Source: Limisphaerales bacterium (GTDB taxonomy: Bacteria; Pseudomonadota; Alphaproteobacteria; Rhodobacterales; Rhodobacteraceae). Taken from it: a stretch of 51,395 bases of DNA. The translations under genes were made by a program, and so were the position numbers. Positions 8,104 to 16,144 of the stretch are shown in pieces. Position 1 is the stretch's first letter. Every line of letters begins with the position of its first letter. The notes beneath the pieces are model-generated. The model was not told where the DNA came from. It searched no databases and was given only the letters and a program-made list of their open reading frames with translations. The stretch spans positions 1 to 51,395 of the forward strand of contig JBIKVM010000001.1 of the NCBI GenBank assembly GCA_044356825.1. The letters are read 5' to 3'.

Positions 8104-8373
8104 TCAGGCCGGGCCGCCTTCGCCATAGCCGCGGCGGGCCTTGCGGGCACGGGCCAACTCCGACATCGCCGCCCGCAGCGCGGCCATGGCGCGAACATCG
8201 GCGGCCATTTCCTCGGCCAGCGTCGCGCGCAGTTCTGGCGTCGGGCGAGAGACACTCGCCAGAAGAACGCGCCGCTCGTCATCGATCCGCTCGACAGTGT
8301 CCGAATCGGCTTCGAGCATCGCGCGGCGCAATTCCGCGCCAAGCCCTGCGAGGCGGCCCGCCGCGTCATCCAT
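8104..8373 (-). CDS. Small helical protein, 89 aa, possible FliT-type export chaperone
   Basis: ATG 8373 overlaps the stop of the upstream fliS-like gene (ATGGATGA). Helical, Ala/Leu/Arg/Glu-rich. Called from position and size only; no diagnostic motif. Confidence 0.35.
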   Translation of the reverse strand: MDDAAGRLAGLGAELRRAMLEADSDTVERIDDERRVLLASVSRPTPELRATLAEEMAADVRAMAALRAAMSELARARKARRGYGEGGPA

Positions 8374-8761
8374 GATCGCGCTGCCCGGAAGCGTGAACGG
8401 CAAAGAGCACATGCAGATCGCGCAGGACGCCTGTCTCGGCCGCGAACTCGGACTGGCCCGAAGCGAAGCCCTCGACAAGACGCTCGCGCAGGTGGCGCAT
8501 CAAGAGGCAGATTAGGCCGGACGCCAGACCCCCCGCACGCAAGTCTATGCTTTCGAATATGAAATCCACTCCGCGCAGGATGCGCGTGCGTTCGACCTCT
8601 GCGTCGGAGGCCCGGCCGTCCACCTCGGCGCTCTCAAGCCGCGTCAGGCCCTTCAGGATACCGTCGAGGGCCACATAGATCGTGGTGACCGGATCGATGC
8701 GAAAGTCGCGATGCGGATAGCGCCGCAGACGATAGGACTGTAGCGAGGCCACGTCACTCAT
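8366..8761 (-). CDS. Second FliS-like chaperone, 131 aa
   Basis: ATG 8761. Weaker but recognisable FliS pattern: IDPVTTIYVALDGILKGL...RILRGVDFIFESIDLRAGGLASGLICLLMRHLRERL. Confidence 0.5.
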   Translation of the reverse strand: MSDVASLQSYRLRRYPHRDFRIDPVTTIYVALDGILKGLTRLESAEVDGRASDAEVERTRILRGVDFIFESIDLRAGGLASGLICLLMRHLRERLVEGFASGQSEFAAETGVLRDLHVLFAVHASGQRDHG

Positions 8762-8897
8762 GCTATCTTCCCCCTGCGGTCGATGGTCGGACCGTGGAAA
8801 ACCCGATGCTTGCAACCCCAGTCAGCGCCGCCCCGATGCTTCCACCCTCGATTTCGGGGCCGGAACGGGGCACGCTCGGCGGTCCGCTTCCCCAACT

Positions 8898-8913
8898 TGC
8901 AAGCGCTGTGCCA
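8898..8913 (-). promoter_or_regulatory. sigma54 promoter: TGGCAC-agcgc-TTGCA
   Basis: Full consensus match on the minus strand. About 125 nt upstream of ATG 8761. Confidence 0.6.
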
Positions 8914-8955
8914 GACCTGCGGCAGACGGTCTTTGGTCTTGAGCCGCCAAAGCCC

Positions 8956-9195
8956 ATGCACGCGGCGGGTGCGATGCGGTCCTACCGCGAAGCGTCGCTG
9001 GCAGAGGGGTTCGCGGGTCGCATCATCCACCCGGGTCAGGCACCGTCGGCAATCGCGACCGAGAACGCGCTCGTCGCGCGCAGCATCCTTGCGCCCGTCT
9101 ATGTGCACGACAGCGCGGCAAGCAAGATGGCGAGGCTGTCGAACCAGCACCGCGATGCGCCGCGCTACGGGAACCTCGTGAACCTGCTCGCCTGA
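8956..9195 (+). CDS. Possible small hypothetical protein, 79 aa
   Basis: High GC3 only from ATG 8956 onward. The ORF-track start (GTG 8794) would run through the sigma54 promoter and leader of the divergent operon, and that stretch has poor GC3. No clear Shine-Dalgarno sequence. Confidence 0.3.
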   Translation: MHAAGAMRSYREASLAEGFAGRIIHPGQAPSAIATENALVARSILAPVYVHDSAASKMARLSNQHRDAPRYGNLVNLLA

Positions 9196-9208
9196 GCGCA
9201 GAAGGTCC

Positions 9209-10051
9209 TCAGGCCTTGCCAGCCTCGGCTTCGTCCTCGCCCTTGCGACGCTTGCGCCGGCGCGACTTGACGCGCTCGGGCTCGTCATCGAAGCGCACTT
9301 CGGGGTCAAGAAGACGGTAGTTGGCGCGCGCGCGCACCTCGTCGGTCTCTGCCAGGATGTGCCAATAGAGCCGGTCACGATAGAGTTGGTAGGACCGCAG
9401 AAGGTTCAACTGCGCCCGCCGGGTATAGAGCGCGAGCAGCACATGCACGATCACCAGGATGGTCCAATGGGTCAGGAGTGTGACGCCATAGGCCACGAGC
9501 GCCCCGACCATCGGGAAGTAGAGCCGATGATTGAGCATCCACAGCGGGGGCAGCGTCGTCGCTAGCGGATCGGGCTGGGTCGGATGGATGGCTGCCACCT
9601 TGGCCTTGAGTTCGCGGAAGACCTCGTAGTTCTGATAGGCCGCGATTGGCCCGTAGGTGACGGACCTGAAGGCCGCGGCGATCTCGAGCGCGGTCTCGGG
9701 GGGGCAATGATCGAAGCTGCCGCGCAAGGGCGTCGTGTAGATCTGGTGAAAGAAGACCCCACCCCGGCAGAATGTCACAAGCCACCGCGGATCGATATCG
9801 GCCTCTTCGGCCGCCTTGTCTCCATCCTCGAAGAACCTCTGCAGCGCATCGACGTCGCCGCTGAACATCTGGCCGTCGATCGCCACCAGAATGTCACCGT
9901 CCTTGAGGCGCATCGACCGGCCAAGTTTCGAGACGCCGTCTTTCTCGATCCGCAGAAAGGTGGGGACCGTCGCAACGCCCTCGAGCGTGACGCCCCCTGA
10001 TCCCTGGGCACCGGGACGGGCGCGCGCGCCGGTCGTCTGGGGATCGGCCAT
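9209..10051 (-). CDS. Hypothetical membrane protein, 280 aa: N-terminal PDZ-like segment, C-terminal 2-TM region and basic tail
   Basis: Internal ATG 10051, 10 nt after the upstream stop. LKDGDILVAIDGQMF resembles a PDZ-type ligand-binding strand. TM region: LPPLWMLNHRLYFPMVGALVAYGVTLLTHWTILVIVHVLLAL. Tail: KSRRRKRRKGEDE. Confidence 0.55.
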   Translation of the reverse strand: MADPQTTGARARPGAQGSGGVTLEGVATVPTFLRIEKDGVSKLGRSMRLKDGDILVAIDGQMFSGDVDALQRFFEDGDKAAEEADIDPRWLVTFCRGGVFFHQIYTTPLRGSFDHCPPETALEIAAAFRSVTYGPIAAYQNYEVFRELKAKVAAIHPTQPDPLATTLPPLWMLNHRLYFPMVGALVAYGVTLLTHWTILVIVHVLLALYTRRAQLNLLRSYQLYRDRLYWHILAETDEVRARANYRLLDPEVRFDDEPERVKSRRRKRRKGEDEAEAGKA

Positions 10052-10061
10052 CGCGGTTCGC

Positions 10062-10889
10062 TCAGGGGAACTTGATGATGTCGCCGCCGCCCTGCGAGCC
10101 CGACGATGCGGCGGGCGCACGCGGCCGCGGTGCCGCGGGTGCGGCTGCGGGTGCCGGACGGTTTGCAACCGCCGTGATCTTGGCCGAGATTTCCTGCGAC
10201 AGCAGCGTCACCGCGTCCAGCTTGGCCATGATCTCGGTCAGCGCGGCAGCGGATCGGTCAACCGGCGGCTCCGCTGCCGCACCGGCTTCCGCGGCGCCCT
10301 CGGCCGGCACGGCAGGCGGTGCGACGCTCTCGAGTGCGGCCACCACGCGGCCGAGCGTTTCAGCCTGTTCGGCAAAACCCGCCGCCAGAGCGGATCCAAG
10401 CTCACCCGACATCAGGCCGAGCGGCCCCGGACTAGCCGGATCAGTGCCTGTCAGGGCGGTAGCGATCGACTGGGGCTGCGCGGCAAGGGCGGCTTCGATG
10501 CGGGCCATGGCCTCGGTGCTCTGGCCGATCGCACCCGCGATCTCGGCCTGAGCTTCGTCGAGCCCCTCGACGCTGCCGATTGCCCCCACGAGCTTGTCGA
10601 CGTTCTCGGCGAAGATGACGAGTGCCTCGAGCGATGTCTGGTTCGTCGTCTGCATCTCGCTCAGCGTACGGTAATACATGAGCGCGGCGAGGACGACCAC
10701 CGCCACCGCCCCGATCATCGAGCTGGCAAAGACAGCAATGGCATAGCGGTACACCTTCTTCACCTCGCGGGCTGAAGCTTCGTTCTGCTTGCGGATGGTC
10801 TCGAACTCGGCCGTGACGTTCGTGGCGGCGTCGGCCGCGTCGAGGGCGATCTTGATGCTTTCCTCGATGGCCCTTGTGTCCTCGCTCAT
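10062..10889 (-). CDS. Hypothetical bitopic membrane protein, 275 aa
   Basis: ATG 10889 shares an ATGA overlap with the upstream stop, and AGGAG is nearby. Short cytoplasmic N-terminus, one TM segment (YAIAVFASSMIGAVAVVVLAALMYY), then a long Ala/Glu-rich helical region and a Pro/Ala-rich tail. Confidence 0.6.
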   Translation of the reverse strand: MSEDTRAIEESIKIALDAADAATNVTAEFETIRKQNEASAREVKKVYRYAIAVFASSMIGAVAVVVLAALMYYRTLSEMQTTNQTSLEALVIFAENVDKLVGAIGSVEGLDEAQAEIAGAIGQSTEAMARIEAALAAQPQSIATALTGTDPASPGPLGLMSGELGSALAAGFAEQAETLGRVVAALESVAPPAVPAEGAAEAGAAAEPPVDRSAAALTEIMAKLDAVTLLSQEISAKITAVANRPAPAAAPAAPRPRAPAASSGSQGGGDIIKFP

Positions 10890-11101
10890 CGCGAACTCCT
10901 GACGGTGTGCGGACCGCGCGCGACGGTCGGTCTGGCTTCGAACCGAGCACAAACCGTGCCAGTTGCCACCAGAACTTCCTGCGACGGCAGGTTGGAGGAT
11001 TTGAACCCGAAGGACCGGCAGCCCCAAGGGCGCTGCGGCTCGTAGGTGACGAAGAAGTGCCTGCAGGTGCCGCATCGCACCTCGCGGGTGGGTGCCGTCA
11101 T
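10886..11101 (-). CDS. Small four-Cys protein, 71 aa (possible zinc ribbon)
   Basis: ATGA overlaps at both ends. Cys at positions 10, 13, 28 and 51 (RCGTCRHFFVTYEPQRPWGCRSFGFKS...VCARFE). Confidence 0.55.
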   Translation of the reverse strand: MTAPTREVRCGTCRHFFVTYEPQRPWGCRSFGFKSSNLPSQEVLVATGTVCARFEARPTVARGPHTVRSSR

Positions 11102-11319
11102 CTCCCGTCTCCGAACAATGCAAGCCAGATGGACGCAATCACGTGTCGCAGCGCGCCGAGGACGGACAAGAGCGCGCACACGCCAAGTCCGATGGCCTTC
11201 CAGCGTTCGCCCGCGTCAGAGGCAAGCAGTGCTTCGCCGCCGAGCCAGAGGCCCATGCCAAGAAAGACCGCCGTCGAAATCATGTCGCCCAGCGTGGCAT
11301 CGCGCTTCCGGATCCGCAT
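11098..11319 (-). CDS. Small 2-TM membrane protein, 73 aa
   Basis: ATG 11319, 6 nt after the flhB TAA stop. Two hydrophobic helices (ISTAVFLGMGLWLGGEALL, IGLGVCALLSVLGALRHVIASIWLALF). Confidence 0.5.
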   Translation of the reverse strand: MRIRKRDATLGDMISTAVFLGMGLWLGGEALLASDAGERWKAIGLGVCALLSVLGALRHVIASIWLALFGDGR

Positions 11320-11325
11320 GGCGCC

Positions 11326-12480
11326 TTACCCTCGTCCCTCGAGCGGTCGGCCATCCTCGCCAAACCGCAGTTCGGGCGGCAGATCCACCTCGGGCTGTTC
11401 GAGATCCTCGCCCCGGTCGATGCGATAGACATAGGCCAGCACCGCCGCTACCGCCGTGTAGAGCTTTTCCGAGATCTCCTGCCCGATCTCGCTCGTGAAG
11501 AAGAGCGCGCGCGCCAGAAGGGGGCTGCGCAGCACCGTGACGCCCGCCGCCTCGCCGCGCGCGATGATCATCTCGGCCATCCGCCCGCGACCCATCGCCA
11601 GAACGACAGGCGCGCCCGCCTCTCCTGCGTCGTATTTCAGCGCGACAGCGAAGTGCGTGGGGTTCGTCACGATCACACGGGCCTCGGCCACCTTGTCGAG
11701 TGCCTGCGCCGCTTGGGACGCGCGCCTCGTCGCCTCCATCTGCAGCCGCCGGATGCGCGACTTGATCTCGGGCGAGCCTTCGGTCTCCTTGTTCTCGTCA
11801 CGAAGATCCTGGCGGCTCATGCGCAGCTTTTCGATATGCTGATGGCGCGACCACAGGAAGTCGAGCGCCGCAGTCACCGCCAGCACCACGAGCGTTGCTG
11901 CGATGAGCAGCAGGAAGTCGCGGAAGAGCTTTTCGGATGCGCTTGCGAGCCCGGCAGAGGAAAGCGAGAGCAGCGACGGCAGCAGATGCCACAACGTCAG
12001 GATCGTGGCGCCACCGAGCAGACTGACCTTCACGACCGCCTTGATGAGTTCCATCAACCCGTGGATCGAGAAGATGCGGCCGAGCCCCGCGATGGGATTG
12101 ATGCGGGATCCCTTGAAGGCCATCGCGGCGGCAGCGAAATGAAGCCCCCCGACCAGAGACTGCGTGATGAGAGACACGACGAGCAGCGGCAACCCGACCA
12201 GCACCGAAGCGATCACGAAGACCCAGACCGCACTGGCAAGGTTCGTGCGAATCTGGTCGATCAGCGCCTCGGAGGGGTCCAGACGGAACCAAGACTGCCA
12301 GCCGCTCAGGACCTGCGGCATGATCGTCGCCGCCCCGAACATCACGATCACCCCCGCAAAGAGTGTCGCAAACACCATGACATCCTTGGCGCTGAGGATC
12401 TGGCCTTCCTCGATCGCCTTCTCAAGACGTCGTTGGGAGGGGTCTTCGGTCTTTTCCTGACCCTCGTCGCTTTCAGCCAT
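11326..12480 (-). CDS. flhB: Flagellar export apparatus protein FlhB, 384 aa
   Basis: MAESDEGQEKTEDPSQRRLEKAIEEGQ N-terminus. NPTH autocleavage site (VIVTNPTHFAVALKY). ATG 12480 overlaps the fliR stop. Confidence 0.92.
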   Translation of the reverse strand: MAESDEGQEKTEDPSQRRLEKAIEEGQILSAKDVMVFATLFAGVIVMFGAATIMPQVLSGWQSWFRLDPSEALIDQIRTNLASAVWVFVIASVLVGLPLLVVSLITQSLVGGLHFAAAAMAFKGSRINPIAGLGRIFSIHGLMELIKAVVKVSLLGGATILTLWHLLPSLLSLSSAGLASASEKLFRDFLLLIAATLVVLAVTAALDFLWSRHQHIEKLRMSRQDLRDENKETEGSPEIKSRIRRLQMEATRRASQAAQALDKVAEARVIVTNPTHFAVALKYDAGEAGAPVVLAMGRGRMAEMIIARGEAAGVTVLRSPLLARALFFTSEIGQEISEKLYTAVAAVLAYVYRIDRGEDLEQPEVDLPPELRFGEDGRPLEGRG

Positions 12481-13294
12481 CCGCAAGCCCCCTGAGCAAT
12501 CCGTCGAGGACGCCCAGCGCCTGACGGATGAGGTCCGTCAGCGCCGTGCCGAGCGTACCCGCCGACATGAACAGCAGCAGGAACGCAGCCATGAGGGTGA
12601 TCGGAAAGCCGAACGAGAAGAGGTTCAATTGCGGCGCCGACTTTGTGATGATCCCGATCGCGACGTTGATCAAGAAGAGGACTGCCGTCACGGGAAGCAT
12701 GATCGCCGCCGCCGCTGCGAACATCACCCCCATCGACTCAACGCCGATCGTTGCAAGCGGCATAAGCAGGATCGGCGTGCCGATGGGCAGGGCGCGGTAG
12801 CTCTCGAGCACCATGCCGATGGCGGCCAGATGACCGTTGAGCGACAGAAAGACTACGATCAGGAACAACATGAAGATCTGGCTGACGACAGGCGTCTGGC
12901 CCGTTCCGGCGGGATCGACCTGCGCCGCGAAGGACAGGCCCGCAGTCGAGGCGATCTTGTCGCCCGCGACGGCTGCAGCGGAGAAGATGATCGTGAGCAC
13001 AAGGCCAGCCGTCAGCCCGAGCGCGATCTCCTGCGCCACGATCGGCACGAGGCGGAAGCTTGTGAGCACATCGACCGGCGGCAGCGCCGCTTCGGTCATG
13101 ACAAAGGCCGCGAGCGCCACCCCGAAGACGATCCGGACCGGCAGTGGAACCATGCGCGACCCGAAAAACGGTGCAGCCAGCAGGAAGGCCCCGATCCTCA
13201 GCGAGGCGACCATCCCCAGCAGGAGCAGATCGAGCAGCCCCTGCATTCCGCTGCCGGGCAACCCGCCGAAATCGAGGGGGACGACTGGCAGCAT
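12473..13294 (-). CDS. fliR: Flagellar export apparatus protein FliR
   Basis: Polytopic membrane protein of 273 aa in the fliPQR-flhB position. ATG 13294 follows the fliQ stop. Confidence 0.9.
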   Translation of the reverse strand: MLPVVPLDFGGLPGSGMQGLLDLLLLGMVASLRIGAFLLAAPFFGSRMVPLPVRIVFGVALAAFVMTEAALPPVDVLTSFRLVPIVAQEIALGLTAGLVLTIIFSAAAVAGDKIASTAGLSFAAQVDPAGTGQTPVVSQIFMLFLIVVFLSLNGHLAAIGMVLESYRALPIGTPILLMPLATIGVESMGVMFAAAAAIMLPVTAVLFLINVAIGIITKSAPQLNLFSFGFPITLMAAFLLLFMSAGTLGTALTDLIRQALGVLDGLLRGLADG

Positions 13295-13295
13295 G

Positions 13296-13562
13296 TCAGC
13301 GCAGGTTCACGATTTCGTCGAAGATGAAGGCGAAATAGTCGGTCATCTGCGTCAGCGTGAAGCTCGACAGCAGCGCCATGGTCATAACGACGATCACGAG
13401 TTTGGGCACGAAGCTTAGCGTCATCTCGTTGATCGAGGTCGCCGCCTGCACGAGACCGATCGCCAGACCGACCGCCAGCGCCACCCCGAGGATCGGCCCA
13501 GCCATGATGACGATCTGCCAATAGGCAAGGCGGAGGTATTCCACGTTGCTGTCAAAATCCAT
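13296..13562 (-). CDS. fliQ: Flagellar export apparatus protein FliQ, 88 aa
   Basis: Typical FliQ sequence: IVIMAGPILGVALAVGLAIGLVQAATSINEMTLSFVPKL. Confidence 0.92.
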   Translation of the reverse strand: MDFDSNVEYLRLAYWQIVIMAGPILGVALAVGLAIGLVQAATSINEMTLSFVPKLVIVVMTMALLSSFTLTQMTDYFAFIFDEIVNLR

Positions 13563-13571
13563 CCTGTCCTC

Positions 13572-14339
13572 TCAACTCTGCACGAAGGTCGCGGCGAGCG
13601 ATCCGACCGTCATCGACCAGCCGTCGACCAGCACGAACAACAGAAGCTTGAAGGGAAGCGAGACGAGCATCGGCGAGAGCATCATCATCCCGAGCGACAT
13701 GAGGACCGAGGCGATCACCATGTCGATGACGAGAAACGGCAAGAACAGCAGGAAGCCGATCTGGAACGCCATCTTGAGTTCGGAGGTGATGAAGGCCGGC
13801 AAGAGAGTCGAGAAGGGGATGTCGGCCGTGCTCGCATAGGGCGGATCGCCCGCCATCTCGGCGAAGAGCAGAAGGGAATCTTCTTGCGTGTTCAGCACCA
13901 TGAACTGCTTCATCAGGGCGCTGGCGATACTGATGGCCTGTTCGGGCGTGATCTGCCCGTCAAGATAGGGCGAGAGCGCATCGTCGTAGATCGCGCCGAA
14001 GGTCGGCGCCATGATGAAGAAGGTCAGGAACAGCGCGATCGCGATCAGGACCTGGTTGGGGGGCGTCTGCTGCGTCCCGAGGGCCTGGCGCAGGATCGAC
14101 AGCACGATGATGATCCGCGTGAAGGCCGTCGCCCCGAGCACGATCGAGGGCAGGACCGTCAGCGCGGTCATCAGGGCAAGAATCTGGAGAGAAAGCGAAT
14201 AGGTCGTCGCGCCGTCCTCTCCAGTCTCGGAGGTCAGCGCGGGCAGGCCCGCGATGGCGTCGCCCAGCACGTTCTGCGCGGCGGCGGGGTGCGCCAGAGC
14301 GGCGGCGACCAGGGCAAGGGGCAGAAGGCGCGCGATCAT
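13572..14339 (-). CDS. fliP: Flagellar export apparatus protein FliP, 255 aa
   Basis: Internal ATG 14339 (ATGA overlap with fliO). Signal peptide, then the FliP core: TVLPSIVLGATAFTRIIIVLSILRQALGTQQTPPNQVLIAIALFLTFFIM. The ORF-track N-terminal extension is Arg-rich junk. Confidence 0.92.
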   Translation of the reverse strand: MIARLLPLALVAAALAHPAAAQNVLGDAIAGLPALTSETGEDGATTYSLSLQILALMTALTVLPSIVLGATAFTRIIIVLSILRQALGTQQTPPNQVLIAIALFLTFFIMAPTFGAIYDDALSPYLDGQITPEQAISIASALMKQFMVLNTQEDSLLLFAEMAGDPPYASTADIPFSTLLPAFITSELKMAFQIGFLLFLPFLVIDMVIASVLMSLGMMMLSPMLVSLPFKLLLFVLVDGWSMTVGSLAATFVQS

Positions 14340-14617
14340 TGCGTCCCCCCGGTCGGGGCATCGTCGCGCCCGAGATCGAGCAGCGCCCCCGCCGTCCCGC
14401 GCGCGGAATGCACAAGCACGCGGCGGTCGCCCACCCGCAGCAGCGTGACCCGCTCGGTCGGAGCAAGGTTCGCTTGTTCGACGACGACGATCTCGCGTCC
14501 CTGACGCAAGCGGGCGCCGATCCCCTCGCGGTTTCGGCGTACCCAGACCTGCACCCCGACCAGCAGCGCGAGGAACACGATCACGATCACGACTTGCGAT
14601 ATCGACACGCCCGGCAT
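14336..14617 (-). CDS. fliO: Flagellar protein FliO, 93 aa
   Basis: Single TM segment (VVIVIVFLALLVGVQVWV) and conserved tail (ERVTLLRVGDRRVLV). Sits immediately upstream of fliP. Confidence 0.75.
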   Translation of the reverse strand: MPGVSISQVVIVIVFLALLVGVQVWVRRNREGIGARLRQGREIVVVEQANLAPTERVTLLRVGDRRVLVHSARGTAGALLDLGRDDAPTGGTQ

Positions 14618-14653
14618 GGGTCAGGTCCGCTGTTGGACATCCTGACCTGACAA

Positions 14654-14669
14654 GGCAAGATTCGCGCCA
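14654..14669 (-). promoter_or_regulatory. Candidate internal sigma54 promoter in front of fliO: TGGCGC-gaatc-TTGCC
   Basis: Correct GG-N10-GC spacing. Lies in the unusual 172-nt fliN-fliO gap, about 26 nt upstream of ATG 14617. Confidence 0.5.
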
Positions 14670-14743
14670 ACTGCCCACGCAGGGCGCCAGCCACCGGGCG
14701 CAAGGGGGTCCGACCATCGCCGAGATCGATTCGCAACCCCGGC

Positions 14744-14759
14744 CGTCGGAGTTCCGACA
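14744..14759. promoter_or_regulatory. Palindromic box cGTCGGAGTTCCGACA (14/16 to consensus)
   Basis: Arms GTCGGA/TCCGAC are perfect. Centred about 108 bp upstream of the predicted fliO sigma54 transcription start, which is a typical enhancer distance. Confidence 0.45.
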
Positions 14760-14789
14760 GCCCCCGCTCCGGGGGGCGTCGGTGGGCCG

Positions 14790-15122
14790 TCAGATGCTTT
14801 CCATCCGCTTTTCGGGTTCGACGATCTCGCCCACCCGCACCCCGAAGCGTTCACCCACCATGACGATCTCGCCTTTGGCAACCATTGTGCCGTTGATGCG
14901 GATATCAAGCGGATCGCCCGCGAGGCGGTCGAGTTCGATCACCGATCCCTCGTTCAGGCGCAGCAGGTCGCGGATGGTGATTTCCGCGCGCCCCACCTCG
15001 ACGGTCATCTCGACCTCTATGCTTTCGAGCACCCGAAGGTTCTCGACCCCCGCGCGATCCGCCCGGCGTGCACCGCCGTCCGATGCCTCGCCTCCAAGGA
15101 TGTCGTCGTTCGACCCAGCCAT
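14790..15122 (-). CDS. fliN: Flagellar switch protein FliN, 110 aa
   Basis: SpoA/FliN domain: VEMTVEVGRAEITIRDLLRLNEGSVIELDRLAGDPLDIRINGTMVAKGEIV. Confidence 0.9.
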   Translation of the reverse strand: MAGSNDDILGGEASDGGARRADRAGVENLRVLESIEVEMTVEVGRAEITIRDLLRLNEGSVIELDRLAGDPLDIRINGTMVAKGEIVMVGERFGVRVGEIVEPEKRMESI

Positions 15123-15142
15123 GGCCCGTTCCTCCTGCGGCC

Positions 15143-16126
15143 TCAGTCGGCCGGTTTCTTGATCCGATTCTTCAGATTGAGTGCGGCCTGCCCGTTGATC
15201 TCGCCCAGCTCCGCCTCGAACATCGGCCGCCCCTCGAGCAGGACATCGATCTTGCCGCTGATCTGGATCGGGAACACGTCACCGCGCTGCATCTGGATCA
15301 GGCTGCGCATCGACACGCGCGGTTGCGCGAGCCTCGCTGTGATCGTGAGCGGGATGTTGAGGATCGCGCGCTCAAGCTTCTGGCGCCACGAGAGGTTGTC
15401 GCCCGACTTGTCCGATTGCACGCGCGAGCGGAGCTGCGAGGCGATGGGCTTGAGCGTCTGCAACGGATAGATGATGTCGAAGCTGACCGGATCGCCCTTT
15501 GGCAGCTGCACGAGGAAGGTGCAGACGATGACCGTGTCGCTGCCATCGACGAAGGAGGCGAACTGGATGTTCTCCTCGCGGCCCTGCACGGTGAAGTGCA
15601 CGGGCATGAGGTCGCGCCAGGCCATGAACAGCGCCTCGTTGAGGCCCTCGGTCACGATCTCGATCACGCGCTGCTCGGTCGCGGTGAACTCGCCCGACTT
15701 GCGCTTCATCGCCGTGACGGACCCGCCGTAATAGGAGTTCGTAAGCAGCGCGATGAAGTGCGGCGGCAGAACGGTCAACTGCGCGCCGCGCAATTCCTCC
15801 ATCCGGCTGTTCGTCAGGCTGACGAAGCTCTCGACCCCATGGGCGTATTCGTCGAAGGTCTTCACCTCGGGCGGAAAGGACGACATGCGCGGTTGAACGC
15901 GCAGCATGGGCAGGAAGACCGAACGCGCATAGCGGCAGAAGCGTTCGTTGATCATCCGCAGCGCGTAATAGTCGCCCAGCAGCGACAACTCATCCGTCCC
16001 GAACTGGAACGGACGCACTTCCGCGCCGGCGGAGATGATCGAGGTTGGGGCTGGTTCGGCGCCACCGCCAAGCCCCTCGATCAGAGCGTCGACCTCTTCG
16101 GTGGTCAGTCTGCGTGAAGACGGCAT
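15143..16126 (-). CDS. fliM: Flagellar switch protein FliM, 327 aa
   Basis: N-terminal LTTEEVDALIEGL peptide, FliM middle domain, and C-terminal SpoA-like domain. Confidence 0.9.
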   Translation of the reverse strand: MPSSRRLTTEEVDALIEGLGGGAEPAPTSIISAGAEVRPFQFGTDELSLLGDYYALRMINERFCRYARSVFLPMLRVQPRMSSFPPEVKTFDEYAHGVESFVSLTNSRMEELRGAQLTVLPPHFIALLTNSYYGGSVTAMKRKSGEFTATEQRVIEIVTEGLNEALFMAWRDLMPVHFTVQGREENIQFASFVDGSDTVIVCTFLVQLPKGDPVSFDIIYPLQTLKPIASQLRSRVQSDKSGDNLSWRQKLERAILNIPLTITARLAQPRVSMRSLIQMQRGDVFPIQISGKIDVLLEGRPMFEAELGEINGQAALNLKNRIKKPAD

Positions 16127-16144
16127 CCCGATGCGACCCTTGCC

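Noticed and set aside
8794-8955. The first third of ORF 8794-9195 (GTG start)
   Set aside because: GC3 is poor in this stretch, and it overlaps the perfect sigma54 promoter (8898-8913) and leader of the divergent fliS-like operon. Only the part from ATG 8956 is retained, and at low confidence.
9190-9214. GCCTGAG-N11-CTCAGGC hairpin containing both stop codons of the convergent ORFs at 9195 and 9209
   Set aside because: The inverted repeat is real, but there is no U-tract on either strand. It could be a weak bidirectional terminator or simply coincidental, so it is not annotated.
13572-14717. N-terminal extensions in the ORF track, for example fliP from 14717, flgA from 29371, flgT from 30462, flgP from 31273, flhA from 30735, rpoN from 39068, fleT from 26003, fliK from 18846, and the aldehyde dehydrogenase from 50928
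   Set aside because: The extensions are Arg/Pro-rich, often begin at GTG or TTG, overlap upstream genes or run through promoters, and precede internal starts. Those internal starts have good Shine-Dalgarno sequences and/or ATGA coupling and give the conserved protein N-termini.
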